Below are positions 26,455-36,444 of a stretch of DNA of 57,869 bases, in pieces. The notes under the pieces were generated by a model. The model saw only the letters and a program-made list of their open reading frames with translations. It was not told the origin of the DNA and ran no database searches. Position numbers and translations under genes: made by a program. This DNA is from Patescibacteria group bacterium. Its GTDB lineage: Bacteria; Patescibacteriota; Minisyncoccia; Phycocordibacterales; CAIZLB01. The stretch is taken from the NCBI GenBank assembly GCA_040384865.1, contig JAZKIM010000004.1, positions 16,105 through 73,973 of the forward strand. The letters run 5' to 3'. Positions within the stretch are counted from its first letter, which is position 1, and each line of letters starts with the position of its first letter.

Positions 26455-27222
26455 TTACTCTGCTAGGTTCCAAAAACTTTCAAACATGATTCGATATGAG
26501 TCTGCCAGAACATCGCTCTCGATCCATACTGCCAGTCCGTCGTAAAAGGAGACAATCAAAACGACATTGTTAAAAACGTCGATATTTACCTTGAGAGGAA
26601 ATTTTTCTAAAAATCTTGTTTCTCTGGAATATTCCTTGTCTAACTTTGAACTTTCTCTTGCTATGGATGAATGGTGGGCAAGCATTCTGCTTGTAGATTT
26701 ATTATTTACAAAAACTCTATTCCATTTTTTCCAATAAGATTCAGGAAAAAATTTGTACAGATCGTCGACTGATCCGACAAAAGATAATACTTCTGTATTT
26801 TTTGCATACTCGAGTTCTTTGTCATATGCATTCTTGATTTTTTCCATCCCTTCAAAATAGTTTAGGTTTATTTTACTTTTCTTTGAGCGCGGAATGTTTT
26901 CAAGGGTAGAAAGATTCGCCGATATTCTTTCTAGAACTTGTTGAGCTTTGTCAACGTTACTTTTTCCAATTTTTATAAGTTTGGTTGGAGATGCCGCTAA
27001 GAACTTTTTTCTTCGTTTTCTGGTTGCCTCAATAAGACCAAATTCTAAAAGTTTTTCCGTATCGTCATATATCTGTTGCCTGTTGACCCCCGTGGATTTT
27101 GAGAGTTCGAGAATTGATTGAATTCCATATTTGAGCAGATTCAGATATATGAGAGCTTGGTTCTTTGTAAGACCAAGATCGAACAAAGGCTCAAACTCTT
27201 TGCTGGTAAATTGGTGGGGCAT
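26455..27222 (-). CDS. TrmB-family winged-helix transcriptional regulator (second copy)
   Basis: LTKNQALIYLNLLKYGIQSILELSKSTGVNRQQIYDDTEKLLEFGLI wHTH. Size and layout match the gene at 18236-18973. Confidence 0.8.
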   Translation of the reverse strand: MPHQFTSKEFEPLFDLGLTKNQALIYLNLLKYGIQSILELSKSTGVNRQQIYDDTEKLLEFGLIEATRKRRKKFLAASPTKLIKIGKSNVDKAQQVLERISANLSTLENIPRSKKSKINLNYFEGMEKIKNAYDKELEYAKNTEVLSFVGSVDDLYKFFPESYWKKWNRVFVNNKSTSRMLAHHSSIARESSKLDKEYSRETRFLEKFPLKVNIDVFNNVVLIVSFYDGLAVWIESDVLADSYRIMFESFWNLAE

Positions 27223-27334
27223 ATAGTTTAGAGCTAAATTATATCAGAGATGTTGTTGATAGGAAGACAATATAAAAGACTTTTCCCGTGGTCTCTGCCG
27301 CAGGGTGATTGATTTGAACACTAAAAAGTGTTTC

Positions 27335-28384
27335 CTACTTTTCTCCCTCAAGCATCTCCCATGCTTTCTCGTTGAGAATCATCGTCTCAACATAGATGGT
27401 TGCACGAGTTTTGTCTGCATCCTTGTACATCTTTAATATTTGCTCTACTTCTTTGTTTACTTCTCCTACAGGGGCTTCGAGTTTTTCATTAATAGCGATC
27501 TGGTTAAGGATGAGCTGAGTCTTTGCTCGTTTCTCAGCGTCAGCGGTCCATTCTTCTTTTAATTGCTCGATAGTTTTGTTGACATGGCGAAGATAGCTTT
27601 CAATGTCGAGACCCGTTTGTGCAACGTTTGACCCAAGTTCGCTGATCATTTTGTTGAGTTCAGATTCAACGAGCATTTTTGGCATTTTAATATCTGATTT
27701 TTCGATGATTACTTCCATGGTCTTCAACCGTTTGATATCACGACTCTTGTGTTCCTTTTCGGCTTTAATACTCTCTGTGATTTTCTTTTTGAACGCGTCT
27801 ATGTTTTCAAACGAACCAAACTTTTTGATGAATTCTTCGTTTACTTCTGGAAGTTCGAGGTTGCCGTGGTCGTGAGAGTGATCACTCGGGTTAGCAATGT
27901 GATAGTCATTATGAGCAATTTGTTTTCGAAGTCCGTCGATTGTTTCTTCAACTTCTTTTTCAGCAACTTCAACTTCTTCTTTTACCGACATAATTTCCTT
28001 AGCAACTTTTTTGTAATCAGGAAGTTTTACTTCAGGCATGACAGCAGTTTTAATTTTGAAACCAAAAGGTTCACCAGGAGCAACTTTAGTGATTGTTACA
28101 GCCGGGGATCCGAGGGGGGAAATCTTTGCATCGGTAATGATATCGCCATAATGTTTTTCCAGAGCAAGTCGCCCTGCTTCTTCGAGGATAGACACTTCAC
28201 CGAATCGATCTACTACGATCTTTTCAGGCACGTGACCAGGGCGGAAGCCGTCGATTTTAACTCCAGCTGAAATATTTTTGATAGCTTCTTCACGGAAGCC
28301 CTTGACGATATCAGATGGAATTTCTCCTTCGATTTCGAATTCACTTTCAGGAAGGGCACCTTTTTTAATGATTGAGAATGACAT
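27335..28384 (-). CDS. tig: trigger factor lacking the PPIase domain
   Basis: The N-domain carries the ribosome-binding signature DGFRPGHVPEKIV. After the linker (VEVAEKEVEETIDGLRKQIA) the sequence goes almost straight into the C-terminal arm (LPEVNEEFIKKFG...). It is 349 aa, against about 430 aa for canonical TF. Confidence 0.8.
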   Translation of the reverse strand: MSFSIIKKGALPESEFEIEGEIPSDIVKGFREEAIKNISAGVKIDGFRPGHVPEKIVVDRFGEVSILEEAGRLALEKHYGDIITDAKISPLGSPAVTITKVAPGEPFGFKIKTAVMPEVKLPDYKKVAKEIMSVKEEVEVAEKEVEETIDGLRKQIAHNDYHIANPSDHSHDHGNLELPEVNEEFIKKFGSFENIDAFKKKITESIKAEKEHKSRDIKRLKTMEVIIEKSDIKMPKMLVESELNKMISELGSNVAQTGLDIESYLRHVNKTIEQLKEEWTADAEKRAKTQLILNQIAINEKLEAPVGEVNKEVEQILKMYKDADKTRATIYVETMILNEKAWEMLEGEK

Positions 28385-28386
28385 AA

Positions 28387-28911
28387 TTATTTATTGAACT
28401 TATCTTTGTATGCTTTAATCGAAGTGTCGAATGCTGCTCGAGCTGCTGTGGCATCACCGTATCCGTGAGTTTCAACTACTTTGTTCTGAAGTTTCTTGTA
28501 CGTAAGAAAAAAGTGATCGATCTCTTTAAGCGTGTGAGGATTCACATCTTTAAGGTCTTTGATGTTGTCCCATCGAGGGTCTTCTTCTGGAACCGCAATG
28601 ACTTTGGCGTCTCCGTCACCACCATCAATCATATTGAGGATGGCTACTGGCCGAACTCGAACCATGATACCTGGAACAAGAGGGTATGTCGTGAGAACGA
28701 CCACGTCTAGAGGATCACCATCCTCCCAAAGGGTTTGAGGGACGAATCCGTAGTCAAAGGGATAGTCTTGGGAAGTATGGAGAACACGATCAAGGGCAAT
28801 AAGACCGGTTTTTTTGTCGATCTCATACTTATTTTTTGATCCTTTATTAATCTCGATGATGGTGTTGATGCTTTCCGCCGTGCCTGGTTCAATATCGTGC
28901 CAAAGGTTCAT
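28387..28911 (-). CDS. ppa: inorganic pyrophosphatase (family I)
   Basis: EINKGSKNKYEIDKKTG...LDRVL...YPFDYGFVPQT..DGDPLDVVVL...DGGDGDAKVIAV. ATG at 28911; the track TTG start is at 28923. Confidence 0.93.
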   Translation of the reverse strand: MNLWHDIEPGTAESINTIIEINKGSKNKYEIDKKTGLIALDRVLHTSQDYPFDYGFVPQTLWEDGDPLDVVVLTTYPLVPGIMVRVRPVAILNMIDGGDGDAKVIAVPEEDPRWDNIKDLKDVNPHTLKEIDHFFLTYKKLQNKVVETHGYGDATAARAAFDTSIKAYKDKFNK

Positions 28912-29046
28912 GTGTATAGTCAATTAATGAATAGGCCTCTATAGTGGCAAAAAATTCAGCTATTGGCAATGATATACCGTCGGTAGAGTTTATATTTGAT
29001 GCTATTATATTAATGAAAGCATTCATTAATATTAAACAGCCAATTG

Positions 29047-30204
29047 ATGTCGATTCTGATTAAAATAATAGCAGCACTTACTGGCATTATATTACTATTC
29101 TGTGTCGGTTATATCTCCCTACACCCCGCATCGTTTTTTGGACGACCTGAAGGCGCGATGTTAACTGAAGAGGGGATGGGGGGTGTTGCTGTTAATTACA
29201 CAAAGGATAGAACTTACACACCACCTCTCTCAGATATGGCCACCACTTCTGTTACAACTACTATCCCTTTTTCTCCTGCCACCACTGCCCCTAAGTCTAC
29301 TTCAGGCGTTTCTTCTAGCTCTAAAACTCCCACTCCTAAGACGGCTTCGTCAACTCCTTCTACCGTTCCTATTTCTCCATCTGTCAGTATTGAAAATGGA
29401 TTAAAGGTATATAAGGACATTGTCTATGCCACACGCTCAGGATTTGATCAAAAATATACGTCACTCGATGTATATACTAATGCAACTATTTCAAGCACCG
29501 CTAAAAAACCTGTGATCTTTATGATTCATGGTGGCGGATGGCGAAGAGGAGATAAGTCGAATGAATCTGTTATTAGTCCAAAAGCTGCCTATTTTATATC
29601 AAAAGGATATATCTTTGTCAGTATTAACTATCGCTTGACTGAAGATTCGCGAGTTAAATATCCACAAAATATTGAAGATGTGGCAGCGGCCGTAGCTTGG
29701 GTTAATAAAAATATAGGGACATATCTGGGAGATGGAAACAGGGTGTATGTCATGGGGCACTCAGCTGGAGGCCATCTCGCGGCGCTCATATCAACAGATC
29801 ATAGTTTCCTTCAAGCACAGGGAGTTAGTCCTAATATTATTAAAGGAGCTATCATACTCGACTCAGGTCTTCTCGATCTAACAAATGCTGTCGGAACAAA
29901 TGTGGAGCAGTTGATAACAATGTACACAAATAATGATCCTCAGGTGAATAGTAAAGCAAGTCCTATAAACTATCTTTCCTCAGGAAAGTACATTCCACCA
30001 ATGTTGCTGCTTTATGCTACAAGCAACGGAGAAGGCAGGTCGGATATAATGTCGAAGTTGGTGGCTGATAAACTTACAGAAAATGGCTATATAGCAAGGG
30101 CTGTAGGTATACCAGGAAAAGATCATGAACACATGAATGCTGATGTGGGTGTGACAGGTGACCCTCTCACTAAAGCAATCGATGTCGCACTTTCTAAGTT
30201 ATGA
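29047..30204 (+). CDS. membrane-anchored alpha/beta-hydrolase (esterase/lipase, HGGG type)
   Basis: N-terminal TM helix, S/T/P-rich linker, then MIHGGGWRRGD (oxyanion HGGG) and GHSAGGHLA (nucleophile elbow GxSxG). The gene ends in TGA. Confidence 0.85.
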   Translation: MSILIKIIAALTGIILLFCVGYISLHPASFFGRPEGAMLTEEGMGGVAVNYTKDRTYTPPLSDMATTSVTTTIPFSPATTAPKSTSGVSSSSKTPTPKTASSTPSTVPISPSVSIENGLKVYKDIVYATRSGFDQKYTSLDVYTNATISSTAKKPVIFMIHGGGWRRGDKSNESVISPKAAYFISKGYIFVSINYRLTEDSRVKYPQNIEDVAAAVAWVNKNIGTYLGDGNRVYVMGHSAGGHLAALISTDHSFLQAQGVSPNIIKGAIILDSGLLDLTNAVGTNVEQLITMYTNNDPQVNSKASPINYLSSGKYIPPMLLLYATSNGEGRSDIMSKLVADKLTENGYIARAVGIPGKDHEHMNADVGVTGDPLTKAIDVALSKL

Positions 30205-30281
30205 GAGAAATAACGGATTTAAAAAGAAAAAGCATGAATTGTACAATTCATGCTTTTTCTTTTTAATTGCACCCGCTGCGC

Positions 30282-31550
30282 TTATGCAACAACTTCATCT
30301 GTGGATGTATCGCTAGTCGCGTCTTCAACGGCCGCAGCTAACTTTGAAGTATCTGCTGTTTCAAGAGTTTCGATTTTTTCTTCAGGTTTCATGTCTTTGT
30401 TTATTTCATCAACTTCGCCTGAGTCTGCAATAACTGCACCCTTCACAGACTGAATGTCGATTCTCCATCCAGTAAGCTTTGCAGCAAGTCGAACGTTCTG
30501 TCCCCCCTTACCTATGGCAAGTGACTGCTGGTCTTCAGCAACTTCTACAATTGCAGTCTTTTCAGACTCACTCATCTTTACATTGAGAACTTTTGCAGGA
30601 GAGAGTGCGTCTTCGATGAATTTTGCAGGATCCTCAGACCATTCGATAATATCTATTTTTTCACCCCCAAGTTCACTTGTGACGGTATTCACTCGAACCC
30701 CACGCTGACCAACCATTGATCCGACTGGATCAATATGTGAATCTACAGAGAAGACTGCGATCTTAGATCGAGCACCAGCTTCACGGGCAATCGCCTTTAC
30801 TTCGACAGCGCCTGAAACGATTTCAGGAACCTCAATCTTGAAAAGTTCAGCGAGGAACTTTGGGTGTGAACGTGAGAGACGAAGGAAAATGCCTCGAGGG
30901 GTTTCTTCTACTCGCATGAGATACATACGAAGTCGTTCACCTTGTCGATAGTGTTCACCAGGAATCTGTTCTTCATACGGAAGCATTCCGGTTGCTCGGC
31001 CCATGTCGATGAATACGTTACCTCGCTCTTGACGCTGTACTGTTCCTGAGATTATTTCCCCCTCTCGTTTCCCGAATTCACCAAGAACAGAAACCTTTTC
31101 AGCTTCTCGAATCTTCTGAATGATGACTTGCTTAGCTGTTTGAGCAGCGATTCGTCCGTAATCTTCTTTTTCTTCGAGAGGAAATACCATTTCTTCTGCA
31201 ACTTGAACATCTTTCTTGATCTTTCGAGCGTTGTCGATCAGGATGTGTCGTTCTTCATTGAAGAATATCTTCTCATCACCTGCAGGTTCAGCACCTTCAG
31301 TTGGGGTTGGAAGTTCACTTTCGTCAAAAACCACCTGATCAGGGTCAACTACAATTTTTACTTGGTAAAAATCAGCTTTTCCTGTGTTTATGTCGAATTT
31401 AGCTCGGATAAACTGGTCTCGACGTCCCCATTCTTTCTTATATGCTGTAGCTAGAGCCATTTCAATGGCTTCGAGAATCTTTTCACGAGGAATACCCCGC
31501 TCCTCTTCGAGCTGGTCTAAAACTGAGTGTATTACTTTGAGATCTATCAT
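30282..31550 (-). CDS. nusA: transcription termination/antitermination factor NusA
   Basis: N-terminal domain, S1 (GEIISGTVQRQERGNVFIDMG), two KH domains (GARSKIAV...DPVGSMVGQRGVRV; SLAIGKGGQNVRLAAKLTGWRIDI) and an acidic tail. Confidence 0.93.
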   Translation of the reverse strand: MIDLKVIHSVLDQLEEERGIPREKILEAIEMALATAYKKEWGRRDQFIRAKFDINTGKADFYQVKIVVDPDQVVFDESELPTPTEGAEPAGDEKIFFNEERHILIDNARKIKKDVQVAEEMVFPLEEKEDYGRIAAQTAKQVIIQKIREAEKVSVLGEFGKREGEIISGTVQRQERGNVFIDMGRATGMLPYEEQIPGEHYRQGERLRMYLMRVEETPRGIFLRLSRSHPKFLAELFKIEVPEIVSGAVEVKAIAREAGARSKIAVFSVDSHIDPVGSMVGQRGVRVNTVTSELGGEKIDIIEWSEDPAKFIEDALSPAKVLNVKMSESEKTAIVEVAEDQQSLAIGKGGQNVRLAAKLTGWRIDIQSVKGAVIADSGEVDEINKDMKPEEKIETLETADTSKLAAAVEDATSDTSTDEVVA

Positions 31551-31860
31551 ATATTTAGTTGTTATTTAATTGTATCTATCTATATTTTAAGCCGTTTATG
31601 GCAAAAAATTAAGCCCGCCGGGAGGCGAACTTCTGATGGATACATTGTATCTTTTTATGGTGAAATGTCAATTTTTTGATTTGAAATTACCTTAATCTTT
31701 TTGGTTTTCTGACGGGAGATTTTGATTTAAACTGACAGAAATAATATTCCTCAAGTTTTTTAAAAGGTCCCTTATTATATTCTGAGTTAATGATATTTAT
31801 TGTGCTGATTGAATTTAAATAACAATTTACACATAATTTGTATTATTCAAACGTTTATTT

Positions 31861-31869
31861 TGCTATAAT
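31861..31869 (+). promoter_or_regulatory. extended -10 promoter element (TGcTATAAT) upstream of pilB
   Basis: tgctataat lies 23 nt before the ATG at 31892. The -35 is weak. No SD is visible in the short leader. Confidence 0.45.
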
Positions 31870-31891
31870 TTAACTACAAACTGTTCCCTAC

Positions 31892-33667
31892 ATGTTCATC
31901 GACCCTGTTCAAATGAAAAAGTTGATTTCCGACTCGGGATTAGTAACCCCCGCGGATATTACTGATGCGGAAAAATCAATGAAGGCCGCCGAGGTGGAAA
32001 GTAAAAAGGTGAACATGGGTGAGGCTCTCATGGCTGCCGGAAAGATCACTGAAGATGATTATCGGCGAATGCAGGCGTATTTGATGGCTATTCCGTTCGT
32101 TGATTTGAAAACTCAAAAACTTAGCTTCGACGTACTCTCTTTAATTCCAGAACCAATTGCTCGTAGTCATAATATTGTAGCGATTAAAAAGAAAGACGAT
32201 ACGCTCGAAGTGGCAATGCTCGACTCTGATGATCTTTCCGCTATTGATTTCATCAAGAAAAAAACCGGTCTGAAGATTTTGCCTCGCATGACGAATACGG
32301 AGTCAATGAAGGCTGCTCTAATTCAATATCAAAAAAGTCTTAAGGCGGATTTCGGCGACATTATTCAGCAGGAAGCTGCGACATTGAAAATGGTGGCGCA
32401 AGATGGTGTCTCTACGGGAGATGATGCATCAGCTGATGATCTCAAGAAGATCGCCGAGGATTTGCCGGTGATAAGAATTGTCGACACTCTTTTGAAACAC
32501 GCCGCTCTTCAGGGTGCGTCTGATATTCATATTGAACAAACTGAAACTGAAGTGGTGGTGCGGTATCGAATTGATGGATTGCTTCGAGACGCCATGATAT
32601 TGCCGAAGAGTGCTGGATCTAGTATCACTGCTCGAATTAAGGTGCTTTCAAGTTTGAAGCTCGATGAAAAACGGTTACCGCAAGATGGTCGTTTCCGTAT
32701 TGAACTTAACGACGAAAAAATCTCATTCCGAGTTTCAATATTGCCAACATATTATGGAGAGAAGACTGTAATGCGACTTTTGCGAGAGACTGTTTCAGGA
32801 TTTTCTCTTGAAGGACTTGGTTTTCATGGTCTAGCCCTCGACACTATTCACGAGGGGACAAATATGTCAGAGGGTATGGTCCTTACTACAGGGCCAACAG
32901 GCTCTGGTAAAACAACAACGCTTTACACCGTGCTTGATCTTTTGAACAAGCCAGATGTGAATATTTCAACAGTTGAAGATCCTGTGGAGTATCAAATGAA
33001 GAGGATTAATCAGACTCAAGTGAGGCCTGAAATTGGATTTACTTTTGCCAATGGTCTCCGCTCTCTTCTCCGACAAGATCCTGACGTTATCATGGTGGGT
33101 GAAATTCGAGACAATGAAACTGCATCGCTCGCCATCAATGCGGCGCTTACTGGTCACCTCGTACTTTCAACTCTTCACACCAACTCTGCGGCCGGCGCCA
33201 TCCCGCGCCTTATCGATATGAAATGTGAACCTTTTCTTCTCGTATCAACACTTAAAGTGATTGTGGCACAACGATTGGTTCGACGACTTTCCAAGTCGAA
33301 GCAATCATATTTCCTTACAAAAGAAGAACTCGCCTTGATCAATAAAAAAATTGATATGGACAGGGTGCTCAAAGCTCTTCGAGATGAAAAAATAATTGAC
33401 GAAAAATTAGAATGGAAAGATATTCCGTTCTATAAACCAAAAGGAGATGCTGAATCGGACGATGGATACCATGGTCGTATTGGTATTCATGAGGTCCTCC
33501 GTATGAGTCCTACTATCAAGGATTTGATAATTAAGGGAAATACCTCAGACGATATTCAGGAGCAGGCACGAAAAGAGGGGATGCTTACGATGATTGAAGA
33601 TGGGATTTTTCAGGCAGTGCAAGGGCTAACTAGTATCGAAGAAATACTTCGAGTGGTTTCAGAATAG
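31892..33667 (+). CDS. pilB: type IV pilus / type II secretion assembly ATPase (PilB/GspE family)
   Basis: N-terminal T2SSE_N-like domain, Walker A GPTGSGKTTT, Asp box, Walker B IMVGEIRD and His box TGHLVLSTLHTN. Confidence 0.92.
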   Translation: MFIDPVQMKKLISDSGLVTPADITDAEKSMKAAEVESKKVNMGEALMAAGKITEDDYRRMQAYLMAIPFVDLKTQKLSFDVLSLIPEPIARSHNIVAIKKKDDTLEVAMLDSDDLSAIDFIKKKTGLKILPRMTNTESMKAALIQYQKSLKADFGDIIQQEAATLKMVAQDGVSTGDDASADDLKKIAEDLPVIRIVDTLLKHAALQGASDIHIEQTETEVVVRYRIDGLLRDAMILPKSAGSSITARIKVLSSLKLDEKRLPQDGRFRIELNDEKISFRVSILPTYYGEKTVMRLLRETVSGFSLEGLGFHGLALDTIHEGTNMSEGMVLTTGPTGSGKTTTLYTVLDLLNKPDVNISTVEDPVEYQMKRINQTQVRPEIGFTFANGLRSLLRQDPDVIMVGEIRDNETASLAINAALTGHLVLSTLHTNSAAGAIPRLIDMKCEPFLLVSTLKVIVAQRLVRRLSKSKQSYFLTKEELALINKKIDMDRVLKALRDEKIIDEKLEWKDIPFYKPKGDAESDDGYHGRIGIHEVLRMSPTIKDLIIKGNTSDDIQEQARKEGMLTMIEDGIFQAVQGLTSIEEILRVVSE

Positions 33668-33686
33668 GTCAGAATGTAAAATACTA

Positions 33687-34901
33687 ATGAAATTTTCATA
33701 TACAGCAAAAAAAGCATCAGGTGAGGAATATAAATCGATTATTGAGGCTGCCGACAAAAGCGACTTTTTTCATGAACTCCGAAAGATGGGTGACACACCT
33801 ATCGCCTTTAGTGAGGCAAAGGAATCTCGAGGTTTCAATATTGAAATCAATCTTGATTTCTTGAAACGGGTGAAACCTATGGATAAAATTATTTTTGCTC
33901 GAAATATCAGCGGCATGCTCGATGCTGGTTTGTCATTATCCCGAGCACTCAGTGTTATCGAAAGGCAGACGAAAAACAAAAAGTTGAAAGAAATATATAA
34001 GAATATCAACGCTGGTATTAGTGGAGGAAAGACATTTCATGAATCGCTCGCCACGGAGCCAAAAGTGTTTTCAACTTTGTTTATATCGATGGTAAAAGCA
34101 GGTGAAGAGGGGGGAACACTGGCCGAGTCTTTGAAGCATCTTGCTTCCCAAATGGAAAAAACCTATCAAATTCAGAAGAAGGTGAAGGGAGCAATGATTT
34201 ATCCTGGAGTTATTCTCGCGGTCATGGTTCTTATCGGAGTATTGATGATGGTGGTGGTAGTTCCCAATTTGGCAAAAACATTCAAGGAATTAAAAACACC
34301 TTTGCCAACAAGTACAAAGATTGTGATAGGGCTGTCCGACTTTGCGTCAAATCATTATATTTTACTTATTCTGATTATCGCGGCGCTTGGTGCCGCCTTC
34401 TATTACGGCATTCGTACAAGGATTGGAAAAAAGATATTGGATTTTACCTCAATTCGAATTCCTATCATCGGCACTATTATTAAAGAATCAAACTCAGCTC
34501 AAACTACTCGTACTCTTTCGTCACTACTATCGTCAGGGGTTGATTTGGTGACCGCTGTACATATTACGGGGGAAGTAATGCAGAATTTTTATTATAAGGA
34601 AGTACTCATGCGAACGGAAAAGATCGTAGAAATAGGCTCACCCCTTTCTACAATATTCGTTCAGGAAGAAAAATTATATCCAATATTTGTCGGCGAGATG
34701 ATGAGTGTTGGAGAGGAAACAGGGAAGCTCTCCTCTATGCTTATGGGCGTCGCAAGTTTCTATGAAAATGAAGTGGAGCAAAAGACAAAAGATATGTCGA
34801 CTATTGTTGAGCCATTTCTAATGGTAATGATTGGTGCTGGTGTCGGTTTCTTTGCCATATCAATGATCACCCCGATGTATTCGGTGATGAATAATATATA
34901 A
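33687..34901 (+). CDS. pilC: type IV pilus platform protein (PilC/GspF family)
   Basis: Two GspF repeats (ARNISGMLDAGLSLSRAL...; TRTLSSLLSSGVDLVTAV...) and three TM segments. Confidence 0.9.
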   Translation: MKFSYTAKKASGEEYKSIIEAADKSDFFHELRKMGDTPIAFSEAKESRGFNIEINLDFLKRVKPMDKIIFARNISGMLDAGLSLSRALSVIERQTKNKKLKEIYKNINAGISGGKTFHESLATEPKVFSTLFISMVKAGEEGGTLAESLKHLASQMEKTYQIQKKVKGAMIYPGVILAVMVLIGVLMMVVVVPNLAKTFKELKTPLPTSTKIVIGLSDFASNHYILLILIIAALGAAFYYGIRTRIGKKILDFTSIRIPIIGTIIKESNSAQTTRTLSSLLSSGVDLVTAVHITGEVMQNFYYKEVLMRTEKIVEIGSPLSTIFVQEEKLYPIFVGEMMSVGEETGKLSSMLMGVASFYENEVEQKTKDMSTIVEPFLMVMIGAGVGFFAISMITPMYSVMNNI

Positions 34902-34902
34902 T

Positions 34903-35373
34903 ATGAAGCAGCAGTTCTTAAAAAAAAGAGGGTTCAGTCTGATCGAGCTGGTTATTATTATTGGTATGACAGCGATTATCGGCACCATGACACTGTTTGC
35001 ATTTAGAGGATTTTCAGATTATCAAATTCTTGATAAACAAACCGATACCATCCAGTCATATATTGATAAGGCGAGGGTGGAGGCGATGAATTCAAAAAGT
35101 TTTTCAAATTTTGGCATTCGTTTTGCAACCTCGACGATCACGTTGTTTCAAGGGTCAACGTATGCGGCATCAACGTCTAATTTTTCTTATAACTTTCCAT
35201 CGAGTGTGCAAATTTCATCAATCCTGCTTACTGGAGGAGTAACAGACATTTATTTTAAAAATGTCACAGGTGAACCGAATGCCACAGGCACCATTACTCT
35301 CCGTCTTGCTAGTACACCCAGTAGTACAAAATCCATAATAATTTATGGAACAGGACTTTCAGAAGTTCGCTAA
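34903..35373 (+). CDS. prepilin-type N-terminal cleavage/methylation domain protein (pseudopilin/minor pilin)
   Basis: KKRG/FSLIELVIIIGMTAIIG, a class III signal peptide with Glu at +5. Confidence 0.85.
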   Translation: MKQQFLKKRGFSLIELVIIIGMTAIIGTMTLFAFRGFSDYQILDKQTDTIQSYIDKARVEAMNSKSFSNFGIRFATSTITLFQGSTYAASTSNFSYNFPSSVQISSILLTGGVTDIYFKNVTGEPNATGTITLRLASTPSSTKSIIIYGTGLSEVR

Positions 35374-35379
35374 ATATAT

Positions 35380-35880
35380 ATGCATATAAAAAGTTCACGA
35401 CATAAAAATCAAAGAGGAATGAGTTTAGTTGAGGTGATTATCGCTGCCGCCATCATTGGCAGCTCGGTGGTATTCATTATGGGTGTTTACAGTGGTCTTT
35501 CGAAGCTGTCGTTTCGGAATACAGCTCGTATCCAGTCAGCCATGCTCGCTGAAGAGGGAGTTGTGGCTGTAAAGACGATGAGGGATGCCGGTTGGAGCTC
35601 TCAGATTGCCTCGTTGACGATGGAAACACCTTATAGATTATATTGGACAGGGTCGGCGTGGAGAGCAACTACATCACCCGCTATAATAGACAATCAATTT
35701 GATCGTACCTTCGTGCTTTCTTCTGTTTCTCGCGACAATACGAGTGCTGATATTGTGACGAGTGGCGGCACGGTTGATGTAAATTCAAGAAAGGTCACGG
35801 TTAATGTTGCTTATCAGGATAATGGCGCTACAACGACAAAGTCTTTAGAGTCATACATATTTAATATATTCAATAATTGA
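35380..35880 (+). CDS. prepilin-type N-terminal domain protein (minor pilin)
   Basis: NQRG/MSLVEVIIAAAIIG, with Glu at +5. Confidence 0.8.
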   Translation: MHIKSSRHKNQRGMSLVEVIIAAAIIGSSVVFIMGVYSGLSKLSFRNTARIQSAMLAEEGVVAVKTMRDAGWSSQIASLTMETPYRLYWTGSAWRATTSPAIIDNQFDRTFVLSSVSRDNTSADIVTSGGTVDVNSRKVTVNVAYQDNGATTTKSLESYIFNIFNN

Positions 35881-35885
35881 TTTAT

Positions 35886-36434
35886 ATGAAAACTCTTTTT
35901 AATAAAAAGGTTAGCGGTAAAAGTAATGTACGAAGGACAAAAGGTTTTTCTCTTGTCGAGGTATTGATTTATCTTTTTCTATTAACGATATTACTTGGAA
36001 CTATAATAAACTCTACTTTGCTTCTTGCTAGAAGCTATCGAAGTGTGAAGGCTGTTCGGTCAATTGAAAGTTCAGCTATTTCTTCAATGGACGGGATGCT
36101 AAGAGAAGTAAGGAACGCAGCGAGTATTAATATTGGCTCAAGTAACTTAAATATAAACCCAGGGATATTGGCCCTCAACACTACAAATGCCTCTGGAAGC
36201 TTACAAACACTTCGATTCTATCTCTCAGGCGGCAAGGTTATGATGGATCGCGACGGGATAAACGTCGGGCAGTTAACTTTCTCAGATTCGAATGTTACAG
36301 GACTGGTATTTCGTTCTATAGTAGCTACTACATCAGAAGCTATCAAAATAGAGATGCTTATTGAAAGCGGCACATCTACTGCATTTATCTCAAGAAATTT
36401 CTATGGGACAGCGATTTTAAGAAGTTCATATTAA
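35886..36434 (+). CDS. prepilin-type N-terminal domain protein (minor pilin)
   Basis: RRTKG/FSLVEVLIYLFLLTILL. ATG at 35886; the track start at 35877 is a TTG overlapping the previous stop. Confidence 0.8.
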   Translation: MKTLFNKKVSGKSNVRRTKGFSLVEVLIYLFLLTILLGTIINSTLLLARSYRSVKAVRSIESSAISSMDGMLREVRNAASINIGSSNLNINPGILALNTTNASGSLQTLRFYLSGGKVMMDRDGINVGQLTFSDSNVTGLVFRSIVATTSEAIKIEMLIESGTSTAFISRNFYGTAILRSSY

Positions 36435-36444
36435 TAATTTATAT

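Noticed and set aside
30202-30204. Alternative genetic code (UGA recoding as in Gracilibacteria/Absconditabacteria)
   Set aside because: TGA ends the esterase gene at the expected length. No conserved gene in the window contains an in-frame TGA. The only internal TGAs (in the HIT gene and the GC-rich cassette) are explained by frameshifts, since the upstream parts are in different frames.
31551-31891. Divergent nusA/pilB intergenic region as an origin or ncRNA locus (the strand bias of genes switches here)
   Set aside because: I saw no DnaA-box matches better than about 6/9. There is only a weak 4-bp GC hairpin (31616-31627). The region is most simply two divergent promoter regions.
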